From assembly GCA_041548245.1 (NCBI GenBank), contig JBFESZ010000030.1, positions 1-21,723 of the forward strand: DNA of 21,723 nucleotides, given 5' to 3'. The notes under the pieces were generated by a model. The model saw only the letters and a list, made by a program, of their open reading frames with translations. It was not told the DNA's origin and did no database searches. The translations under genes and the position numbers were made by a program. The stretch is from Sulfurimonadaceae bacterium. GTDB taxonomy: Bacteria > Campylobacterota > Campylobacteria > Campylobacterales > Sulfurimonadaceae. Every line of letters starts with the position of its first letter. The first letter of the stretch is position 1. Of the stretch, positions 7,137-14,876 are shown one piece after another.

Positions 7137-7898
7137 TTAGGAATAATAGGCTAAAAGGGCAGCGGTCACGGCAACATTCAAAGACTCTACACCATTTTTC
7201 ATCGGGATGGAAAGCGTCTTATTCGCAAGCTTTTGCACTTCCTGGCTTACCCCCTCACTCTCATTGCCCAAGACAAAGATTGTCTTTTTACCCAGTTTTA
7301 GATCAAATAGTGATGCACTTGCATGAGATGAAAGCGCATAAATATCCGCTCCATCTTTTTTAAATGCAGGCAAACTATCTCGAAGATCATCGCAATAGAG
7401 GATTGTCGTTTTAAACAGAGTACCGGCACTCGCCTTGATAACCAAGGGCGAAATTTTTGCAGAACCCTTTTTCGGCAAAATAAGGCCATCGACAAAGCCT
7501 GCTGCAACACAACGAATAATCATCCCTAGGTTCTGAGGGTTATGGATGCTCTCAAGAGCAATGTAGCGATAGTTTTCTGTAGCATTTTTAAGAAAATCAT
7601 CTGTCGAAAGATAAGAGGAAGCTTCTATGTCTGCCGCGACACCCTGATCCTGCTTGGCATTTTTTGAGATTCTTGAGAGGGCTTGTTTTGAATGATAGAG
7701 CACCTCTATCTTTTTTTTCTCACACAGATCCAGAATCTTGGAGATGGCTCCGTCTTGTTTATTGGAGTCGGCAAGGTGCACCTTTCTGATTTTAATATCT
7801 TTTTCTTCAAGTACCTCAAGCACGACATTACGCCCATAGACCGTAATCATACGGTCAAAGTTTTTCTTTTTTTCATTATAGATTGAAGAGTTTTGCAT
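7137..7898 (-). CDS. SpoU/TrmH family RNA 2'-O-ribose methyltransferase (RlmB-like)
   Basis: VYGRN.V.E N-domain, NPQNLGMIIR, KASAG, VLGNESEG and SIPM..GVESLNVAV SPOUT motifs. Confidence 0.92.
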   Translation of the reverse strand: MQNSSIYNEKKKNFDRMITVYGRNVVLEVLEEKDIKIRKVHLADSNKQDGAISKILDLCEKKKIEVLYHSKQALSRISKNAKQDQGVAADIEASSYLSTDDFLKNATENYRYIALESIHNPQNLGMIIRCVAAGFVDGLILPKKGSAKISPLVIKASAGTLFKTTILYCDDLRDSLPAFKKDGADIYALSSHASASLFDLKLGKKTIFVLGNESEGVSQEVQKLANKTLSIPMKNGVESLNVAVTAALLAYYS

Positions 7899-7904
7899 CT
7901 ACCA

Positions 7905-9083
7905 TTATGCCTTTTGCGGAAGTGTTTTTGAGAGTACTAGATACCCTATAATGCCTGAGATCAGTGATCCAATCAGGATCCCCATCCGTTCATCCACAAG
8001 TTCATAACATGCCCCTTGGTGACACTCAAAAGCCAAAGATCCGATAAACAAACTCATCGTAAACCCGATGCCACTCAAGATAGCCAATCCATATACCGAC
8101 CCCCAGGTGATTCCGTCGGAAAGTGTTCCCAAACGAAGTTTGATCGCAATAAATGAAAACAAAAACACCCCTAACTGTTTACCCAAAAACAGTCCTAAGA
8201 CGATTCCCATAGTCATACTGTCCGTAAAGTCTTTTATCGTAACATTACCAAAACTGACACCTGCATTTGCAAAAGCAAAAAGTGGCAATATCACAAAATT
8301 GACAGGAGCGTGCAAAGAGTGCTCAAGTTCATGGAAACTATGGTGATTGTTCTTCAGTGGGATCATCAGACCAAGGATGACACCGGCGAGTGTAGCATGC
8401 ACACCCGATTTTAAAACGGCCGTCCATAAGACAAGCCCAACGAGAATATATGCTGTATTATTTGTCACGCCACCTCTGTTCATCAAAAAGAGCAATAAAA
8501 TCATGACAGCAGCGATAGCCAATGAGCTAAAAGACATACTGGAAGTATAAAAAACAGCAATCACTATGATAGCCCCAAGGTCATCTATGATAGCTAGAGC
8601 CAAAAGAAAAACCTTTAACTGCGCAGGTACACGATTGCCCAAAAGTGATAATATGCCCAAAGCAAAGGCAATATCTGTTGCCATCGGAATAGCCCATCCC
8701 TGCATGGCCGCTTCATTTCCCCAGTTAAAAAAGCTATAAATGCTTGCCGGGACGACCATCCCTCCGATAGCCGCCAATGTCGGTAAAGCCAATTTGCTTT
8801 TATCGCTTAGACTGCCTTCCACCACTTCACGCTTGATCTCAAGTCCGACCATAAAAAAGAAGACCGCCATCAAACCATCATTGATCCAAAGAAGAAGTGG
8901 TTTTGCAATATTAAATTCTCCGAACATAACCATGACAGGGGTCTCCATCATCTCATTATACGCATCCGTCAACGAGGAGTTCGCCATCATCATCGCCAGA
9001 AAGGTCGCGACCATCAGTAGGATACCGACGGCCGATTCCTTCTTAAAAAAGCCCAGCAAAGAATATTTGATATCATACTTCAT
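7905..9083 (-). CDS. nhaA: Na+/H+ antiporter NhaA
   Basis: WINDGLMA.FF..VGLEIKRE, GWAIPMATDIAFA, LAIIDDLGAI, KSGVHATLAG, GKQLGV and GIGFTMSLFI. Likely start is ATG 9083 (ORF track extends to 9110). Confidence 0.96.
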   Translation of the reverse strand: MKYDIKYSLLGFFKKESAVGILLMVATFLAMMMANSSLTDAYNEMMETPVMVMFGEFNIAKPLLLWINDGLMAVFFFMVGLEIKREVVEGSLSDKSKLALPTLAAIGGMVVPASIYSFFNWGNEAAMQGWAIPMATDIAFALGILSLLGNRVPAQLKVFLLALAIIDDLGAIIVIAVFYTSSMSFSSLAIAAVMILLLFLMNRGGVTNNTAYILVGLVLWTAVLKSGVHATLAGVILGLMIPLKNNHHSFHELEHSLHAPVNFVILPLFAFANAGVSFGNVTIKDFTDSMTMGIVLGLFLGKQLGVFLFSFIAIKLRLGTLSDGITWGSVYGLAILSGIGFTMSLFIGSLAFECHQGACYELVDERMGILIGSLISGIIGYLVLSKTLPQKA

Positions 9084-9130
9084 AGTGTATCCATTAAATA
9101 GGACTTGCAAAAATCCTTAATTGTTTCACG

Positions 9131-9139
9131 ATTATAGCA
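9131..9139 (-). promoter_or_regulatory. Extended -10 promoter for nhaA
   Basis: Minus-strand TGCTATAAT about 48 nt upstream of the ATG at 9083. Confidence 0.65.
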
Positions 9140-9180
9140 TCTTTGATAAACACAAATGAGAGAAAGCGTATAAAGGAGTG

Positions 9181-9210
9181 CAAAGAGTATACCTTTGGGT
9201 ATCCTCTTTG
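9181..9210 (-). terminator. Hairpin downstream of tkt
   Basis: CAAAGAG-t-ATACC-tttg-GGTAT-c-CTCTTTG (12 paired bases, one mismatch), 18 nt after the tkt stop. U-tract is weak. Confidence 0.55.
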
Positions 9211-9228
9211 TAAGATGGATCGGTTGGA

Positions 9229-11136
9229 TTAAGACAATTTTGCAGCGATTGCTTCTGCAGAGAAACCGAACTTTTCAAAGAGCTGGCCGGCTGGAGCCGA
9301 TGCACCAAAGCTATCCATGTTGATAATCTCATCTGCAAATCTGTACCATTCAAGGCCTCGTGCTGCCTCAATAGCAACAACTTTATCTGTCTTGATAATT
9401 GTGTCTAAATATGCTTTGTCTTGTTCAATCAACAGATCAAAACATGGGACAGAGACAACGTTCGCCTTCACACCTTTAGATGCAAGAACGTCTCTTGTCT
9501 TCATCGCTGTCTCGACTTCTGATCCTGATGCCAGCAGTGTCACTGTAGCTCCTTCTGACTCCTGAAGAAGATACCCGCCTTTTGAGGCTTCACCGTACAC
9601 TGCAGATGGAAGAAGGGCAAGGTTTTGACGAGAACACACAAAAGCAGATGGTGATTTTTTCATCTCTAACGCTGTTTTCCATGCCTCAACATTCTCGTTT
9701 CCATCAGCAGGACGCCATACATAAAAGTTTGGCAGAGCACGAAACTGAGACAGATGTTCGATCGGCTGATGTGTCGGACCATCTTCACCCACACCGATAC
9801 TATCATGCGTCCAGATAAAAAACTGCTGGATATTAGAAAGTGCTGCGATACGCGCAGCAGGTTTCAGATAATCTGAAAAGACAAAGAAGGTCGCAGAAAA
9901 CGGCATTAATGGACCATATAGTGCGATAGCATTGGTAATTGAAGCCATAGCATGTTCACGAATCCCGTAGTAAATATTCTTCCCTTTAGGAAAAACCCCC
10001 ATATCAGTCAGTTCAGTCTTGTTGGACGGACTAAGGTCAGCTGAGCCGCCAAGGAACCCGGGAATTGCTTTTGCAATAGCATTCAGTATCTTTCCATTCG
10101 TGCTTCGTGTTGCATCCGCTTTATCAAATGTCGGCCACTGGATACGAGAGAAGTCGGGGTTCAACAGAGCATCTAATGCCTCGTTCTGTTCCATCAACGG
10201 AAGCTCTTTAAGACGATGATTCCATTCACGCTCAGCCAGGTCTCCTGCTTCAATAGCACATCTGAAACGTGCCATAACATCTTCGTCCACAAAGAATTTC
10301 TTTTCAGGATCAAATCCGGCTGCTTCTTTCGCTTTAGCAATAACATCTTCGCCAAGTGGAGCACCGTGTGAGTGATGAGAACCCTCAAGCTCGCCTGCTC
10401 CTTTAGCTATCTTTGTATTCGCGATGATAAGAGATGGTTTATCAGAAGACTTCGCACGGATAATCGCCGCATCGATCTCATCATAATTATGGCCGTCGAT
10501 CTCTTGAACATCCCATCCTTGAGACTCGAAGCGCATCGGTATATTTTCCGAGATGCTTAGTTCTGTTGATCCCTCGATTGTGATATTATTAGAATCATAG
10601 ATCAAGATAAGGTTGTCAAGCTTGTTGTGTCCGGCAATCGAACACGCTTCATATGATATTCCTTCTTCTAGGTCACCATCACCACATAAACAGTAAACAT
10701 AATGATCAATGACTTTTGCCGTCTCCGAATTTGTCTGTGCCCCGACAAACTTTGAAGCCATAGAAAAACCAACAGCATTAGCGACACCCTGCCCCAATGG
10801 ACCTGTTGTGATTTCAACACCCTCTGTATGGCCATACTCTGGGTGACCTGGTGTCTTCGAGTCTAGTTGACGAAAATTTTTAAGGTCCTCTAACTCCAGT
10901 CCATATCCCCATAGATAATACAATGAGTAGATAAGACCTGTACCATGTCCACCTGAAAAGACCAGTCGGTCACGGTTCAACCATGAAGGGTTTTTAGGGT
11001 TATGTGAAAGATGTTCACTTAGAACTACAGCAATATCCGCAAGCCCCATTGGTGCGCCCGGGTGACCTGAGTTTGCTGCTTGAACCATATCTGCTGCTAA
11101 AAATCGAATTGAATCTGCCATCTTTTGACGCATCAT
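9229..11136 (-). CDS. tkt: Transketolase
   Basis: SGHPGAPMG, NRDR.VFSGGH, TPGHPE, TTGPLGQG, GDG.L.EG (TPP binding), GIREHAM, THDSIGVGEDGPTHQP. Confidence 0.98.
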   Translation of the reverse strand: MMRQKMADSIRFLAADMVQAANSGHPGAPMGLADIAVVLSEHLSHNPKNPSWLNRDRLVFSGGHGTGLIYSLYYLWGYGLELEDLKNFRQLDSKTPGHPEYGHTEGVEITTGPLGQGVANAVGFSMASKFVGAQTNSETAKVIDHYVYCLCGDGDLEEGISYEACSIAGHNKLDNLILIYDSNNITIEGSTELSISENIPMRFESQGWDVQEIDGHNYDEIDAAIIRAKSSDKPSLIIANTKIAKGAGELEGSHHSHGAPLGEDVIAKAKEAAGFDPEKKFFVDEDVMARFRCAIEAGDLAEREWNHRLKELPLMEQNEALDALLNPDFSRIQWPTFDKADATRSTNGKILNAIAKAIPGFLGGSADLSPSNKTELTDMGVFPKGKNIYYGIREHAMASITNAIALYGPLMPFSATFFVFSDYLKPAARIAALSNIQQFFIWTHDSIGVGEDGPTHQPIEHLSQFRALPNFYVWRPADGNENVEAWKTALEMKKSPSAFVCSRQNLALLPSAVYGEASKGGYLLQESEGATVTLLASGSEVETAMKTRDVLASKGVKANVVSVPCFDLLIEQDKAYLDTIIKTDKVVAIEAARGLEWYRFADEIINMDSFGASAPAGQLFEKFGFSAEAIAAKLS

Positions 11137-11158
11137 TTTTCCTTGTAATTGTTATCGA

Positions 11159-11200
11159 TGTATAGACTATAAAACACATCTATGCTTTTTAGTCTATACA
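11159..11200. repeat. Long intergenic inverted repeat between ispA and tkt
   Basis: TGTATAGACTA (11159-11169) and TAGTCTATACA (11190-11200) are perfect 11-bp arms, with further imperfect pairing inside. Confidence 0.65.
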
Positions 11201-11203
11201 ACC

Positions 11204-12073
11204 TTATTTATGTCGTACCAGATACTCTGAAAGTATAGGGGAGAGTTCCTGATAAAGGTTTTTATCAAAGGCCTTAAGTTGTTCATTTAACTCTTCCGCC
11301 AGACTATTCGCTTCATCCATGGCACGCTCAAGACCCAGAAGAGTTACAAAAGAGTTTTTATCTCCGTCATTCTGTGTTGTTTTGCCCGCTTCCTCGGAAC
11401 TTTGCGTGACATCCAAAATATCATCTTGAATTTGAAAAAGTAAACCTAATTTAATCCCAAACTCATAGAGTTTCTCTTCCATCTCTTTTTGGCCCGTGAT
11501 TATCGCACCCATCTTAAGTGAGGCTGCAATCAGTTTAGCCGTTTTATTCGTATGCAAAATCTTAACCTGTTCCAGGCTTAACGGTTGATTCTCAAAATAG
11601 CAGTCTATCGCCTGCCCAAGAACCATTCCTCCGGCACCACCATTCGTCGCAAGGGAACGGATGAGTTTCACACGGACCTCATCAGAGAATGATGCGTTTG
11701 AAAGAACTTCAAACGCATAAGTATTAAGGGCATCTCCCGCAAGGATTGCTGTCACTTCATCATATTTGACATGTAGTGTCTGTTTTCCGCGTCGCAGATC
11801 GGCATCATCCATAGCCGGAAGATCATCATGGATCAAAGAGTAGGTATGCAAAAGTTCAATCGCATAAGCCGCCGCATAAGCCGATTCTAGCAAAAGAGCA
11901 TTATTGGCTCTTACTACCGCCAGAAGCAGTGCGGGACGAAAACGTTTTCCACCAGCCAGTAGCATCTCATGAAGTGCTTCTTCATAATGGGGATGAAAAC
12001 TTGGAACTTGCGGAAGATGCGAAGATAGGTATGCTTCGAAAGTACTGATGTTTTCTTTGGTATGTGCCTGCAC
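11204..12073 (-). CDS. ispA: Short-chain polyprenyl diphosphate synthase (FPP/GGPP)
   Basis: GGKRFRP, HTYSLIHDDLPAMD...RRG (FARM), GQAID, KTA and FQIQDDILD (SARM). GTG start. Confidence 0.95.
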   Translation of the reverse strand: MQAHTKENISTFEAYLSSHLPQVPSFHPHYEEALHEMLLAGGKRFRPALLLAVVRANNALLLESAYAAAYAIELLHTYSLIHDDLPAMDDADLRRGKQTLHVKYDEVTAILAGDALNTYAFEVLSNASFSDEVRVKLIRSLATNGGAGGMVLGQAIDCYFENQPLSLEQVKILHTNKTAKLIAASLKMGAIITGQKEMEEKLYEFGIKLGLLFQIQDDILDVTQSSEEAGKTTQNDGDKNSFVTLLGLERAMDEANSLAEELNEQLKAFDKNLYQELSPILSEYLVRHK

Positions 12074-12156
12074 TATGACCTACTCTTATATTAAATATTC
12101 ATTGAATGAAATTATACATATCATTTACTGTTATTATGCTTTTATTTGAAGCGTTT

Positions 12157-13143
12157 TTATTTAGGCAAATGTATGAAAAAATCAAATCCGTTACGTCTAA
12201 AAAGAAGGGTGACTACTTTCTTCTCACTCGACTTCTGCTCGGACAAGACTTTACGAATATCAGTCAAGCTCTTGACCTCTTGATTCATAATAAACAAAAG
12301 CCTGTCCCCTTTTTTAATCTCGTATTTTGCATTGTCGGCTTTGACAACAAGGTTTTCATCTAATTCAAGTCCGAAAAGCTCAAAAAAAGTATCCGGAACC
12401 AATCCTCCACCAAGACGTCTTTTGATCATCCCTTCTATCTTGAGCTTATGATTGTCTCTTAGAACATGAAATTGATGTATATTTCCCGGAGAAGCAAAAA
12501 GTATTTTCTTGCTGAGCTCAGCAGCACTCTTCACCTCTCGGCCGTCCATCTCCAGGACAATGTCACCCCAGACAAAAGGCGAATCTGTAAAAAATGGATT
12601 GACTTCGACGACTCGAATACCCTTGTCATCATCAAGGCGAATACCGATATCGCCATAAGTGATCTCTTCTGACTTCAAAAAGTGTCGAATAAAGTCCTTA
12701 TCTATCACCCCATTTCCGGTTGACATACCCATCACGCCGCAACAGGTCCCGCTGATCAACGTATTGGCTTTTAATGCTTTAGAAAACTGTGCGAGCCGAT
12801 TAAGTCCTATATGTCCGCGAAGAAAGCTTCCTTCATAAACCTTTGTAGGCAAGACGGCACCAAGCTGTTCAGGCTGGTTATTATAGAACTTGAAAACATG
12901 TTTAAACTTTTTTGGTGATTTGATCAAATTAAGACCTAAAAACGGATCTCTTTTTACAATTTTAAAAGAAGGCTTCTCTTTCGAATAAAAAAGTGCATAC
13001 TCATCGTCCACGGCAAACGCATACGTTTCACCTATCGGAATAGAGCTTACCTGATATTTCAGTTGGCACGATTTAAAATCTGAAGGTGCAGAAAAAAGCA
13101 GTAAAGGGGTTATCAGTAACAGAAAATGGCGCATAGCCATCAT
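12157..13143 (-). CDS. Exported PDZ-domain protein (Campylobacterota conserved, between ybaB and ispA)
   Basis: Signal peptide, DPFLGL motif, and PDZ features (GDIGIRL, V.EVNPF, GD.VLEMDG..V). A second degenerate PDZ is likely at the C-terminus. Confidence 0.75.
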   Translation of the reverse strand: MMAMRHFLLLITPLLLFSAPSDFKSCQLKYQVSSIPIGETYAFAVDDEYALFYSKEKPSFKIVKRDPFLGLNLIKSPKKFKHVFKFYNNQPEQLGAVLPTKVYEGSFLRGHIGLNRLAQFSKALKANTLISGTCCGVMGMSTGNGVIDKDFIRHFLKSEEITYGDIGIRLDDDKGIRVVEVNPFFTDSPFVWGDIVLEMDGREVKSAAELSKKILFASPGNIHQFHVLRDNHKLKIEGMIKRRLGGGLVPDTFFELFGLELDENLVVKADNAKYEIKKGDRLLFIMNQEVKSLTDIRKVLSEQKSSEKKVVTLLFRRNGFDFFIHLPK

Positions 13144-13460
13144 TTCTGTCCAAACAGGTCGCCAAGGTTGCCCATACCACCGAACATTCCCATAGCAGAG
13201 TTTTGTTTGTCAGTTTCTACCATCTTATTGGCATCGTTTATACATGAGATAAGAAGTATCTGAAGAGACTCTTTATCCTCTAAAAGCGAATCATCAATAC
13301 TGACATCAATGACTTCGCCTTTTCCGCTCATCTTTATCTGAAGCATACCGCCGCCTGCTTTAGCCGTATACTCCTTGGACTCCATCTCGGCTTCCATTTT
13401 TTTTGCTTGTTCCTGAACTTGCTCGAGCATCTTGCTCATATCGCTCATGTTTCCAAACAT
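13140..13460 (-). CDS. ybaB: YbaB/EbfC nucleoid-associated protein
   Basis: AGGGM..I.MSGKGEV..V.ID..L.ED...LQ.LLIS..NDA pattern. Confidence 0.93.
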   Translation of the reverse strand: MFGNMSDMSKMLEQVQEQAKKMEAEMESKEYTAKAGGGMLQIKMSGKGEVIDVSIDDSLLEDKESLQILLISCINDANKMVETDKQNSAMGMFGGMGNLGDLFGQK

Positions 13461-13474
13461 AAAAAGACCGCCTT

Positions 13475-13840
13475 TTATAGTTCGTCTAAGATTTCGTCTA
13501 TATTGTTATCGTCGTCTAGAAGAACGACCTTAGGTGCATATGTCTCAAGCTCTTTCTCATCATAAGATGCATACGCAACGATGATAACCTTATCACCTTT
13601 GTGTACCTTTCTAGCAGCTGCTCCATTCAGACAGATATCACGTTTACCACGCTCACCTAAGATAATATATGTCGAAAAGCGCTCACCATTGTTGATGTTA
13701 AGGATCTCTACTTTTTGACCTACACGCATGTTAGCTGCTTGCATTAGTTCTTCATCGATTGTAATTGAACCGACGTAATTCAGATTAGCGTCTGTTACCG
13801 TAGCACGGTGAAGTTTACTATAAAGCATTTCCATTGTCAT
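13475..13840 (-). CDS. panD: Aspartate 1-decarboxylase
   Basis: [20 protein letters not shown] self-cleavage site, NGERFSTY and LNGAAAR. Confidence 0.98.
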   Translation of the reverse strand: MTMEMLYSKLHRATVTDANLNYVGSITIDEELMQAANMRVGQKVEILNINNGERFSTYIILGERGKRDICLNGAAARKVHKGDKVIIVAYASYDEKELETYAPKVVLLDDDNNIDEILDEL

Positions 13841-13849
13841 TTGTCTTTC

Positions 13850-14224
13850 CTATTGACCCATCTGTTTCATCATATCTGCAGGAGTTATCGGCGCATCCCA
13901 AAGTTCTTTGTCGATAACATACTCTTCAACAACATTACCACCGATGATGTGTTCATCAATAATACGTGTGATTTTCTCTTTGTTTAGTCCTACATACATC
14001 GTATGACCCGGTTCAACCAGCATGATTGGACCAGCATTACAGCGGGCCATACAGCCTGTTTGGATCGGTTGTACTGTACCAATTATACCTTTTTGCATCA
14101 AAGTTTGTGCTAAATGCTGAAAAAGGTCCTGAGTCTCAGGCGTAACGCATGATGGTTTTGGCATACCTGGAGGTGCAGACTGTTGACATTTAAAAATGTA
14201 AAACGAAGGTTGAGGGATTCCCAT
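13850..14224 (-). CDS. Thioredoxin-like [2Fe-2S] ferredoxin
   Basis: FKC...PSC...TGCMARC.AGP.MLVEP...Y and I.EHI.GG..V, the Aquifex Fd4/Clostridium 2Fe type. AAGGAG SD. Confidence 0.88.
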   Translation of the reverse strand: MGIPQPSFYIFKCQQSAPPGMPKPSCVTPETQDLFQHLAQTLMQKGIIGTVQPIQTGCMARCNAGPIMLVEPGHTMYVGLNKEKITRIIDEHIIGGNVVEEYVIDKELWDAPITPADMMKQMGQ

Positions 14225-14253
14225 AAACTTCTCCTTGTTAAAATAATTTCGAA

Positions 14254-14262
14254 ATTATAGCA
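14254..14262 (-). promoter_or_regulatory. Extended -10 promoter for the ferredoxin-panD-ybaB-PDZ unit
   Basis: Minus-strand TGCTATAAT about 30 nt upstream of the ferredoxin ATG. Confidence 0.7.
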
Positions 14263-14321
14263 GAGTAAATTTAAAGTGCCCAACCTAAGATATTAATTAA
14301 GACAATTATTAGGATAAGCAG

Positions 14322-14876
14322 CTATTTTTGTAGTAAGAGTTCTATATCTTTTTTTATCGCTTCAGGCTTAGTGGATGAGCCATATCGCTTAATCACTTTT
14401 CCTTCTTTATCGATAAGAAACTTGGTAAAGTTCCACTTGATCGCTTCCGTCCACAAAAGGCCTTTTTGCTCTTTTTTAAGATACTCATACAAGGGTATTG
14501 CATTCTCTCCATTAACATCGATCTTCGAAAACATATCAAAGCTTACATCATAAGTTTCATGACAGAAGAAATATATCTCTTTATCACTCTTGGGCTCTTG
14601 GGCTCCAAACTGATTTGACGGGAAGCCGAGGATCATAAAGTCCTTATCTTTATAGGTTCGATAAAGCTTTTCTAGTCCTTTGTATTGCGGTGTAAAGCCA
14701 CATTCGCTTGCAACGTTCACAATAAGAAGGACTTTCCCTTTATACTTTGACATTGAAATCTCTTCACCCTTTATATCCCTTACAGTGAACGCGTAGATAC
14801 CCATTATCTGCTCCTTTGCACTTAGGCTGCCTTGAAATATCAGACTAATCAATATCAGCGAGATAAAACCCCTCAT
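14322..14876 (-). CDS. Glutathione peroxidase family thiol peroxidase (Cys type) with N-terminal signal peptide
   Basis: NVASECGFT.QY, GFPSNQFG.QEP, resolving-Cys candidate FFC and IKWNFTKFL. Alternative internal start at 14804. Confidence 0.93.
   Translation of the reverse strand: MRGFISLILISLIFQGSLSAKEQIMGIYAFTVRDIKGEEISMSKYKGKVLLIVNVASECGFTPQYKGLEKLYRTYKDKDFMILGFPSNQFGAQEPKSDKEIYFFCHETYDVSFDMFSKIDVNGENAIPLYEYLKKEQKGLLWTEAIKWNFTKFLIDKEGKVIKRYGSSTKPEAIKKDIELLLQK

Noticed and set aside
12098-12116. TTCATT-G-AATGAA palindrome next to a TATAAT upstream of ispA
   Set aside because: 6-bp AT-rich arms are expected by chance at this composition.
12106-12363. 85-aa plus-strand ORF, representative of the other short overlapping ORFs in the track
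   Set aside because: They overlap well-supported genes, mostly antisense, and show no recognisable motifs.
14266-14283. Sigma54-like TTGGCAC upstream of the ferredoxin
   Set aside because: No -12 TTGC at the required spacing, and a sigma70 extended -10 already explains the promoter.
14690-14720. Selenocysteine in the glutathione peroxidase
   Set aside because: The active-site codon is TGT (Cys) with no in-frame TGA.
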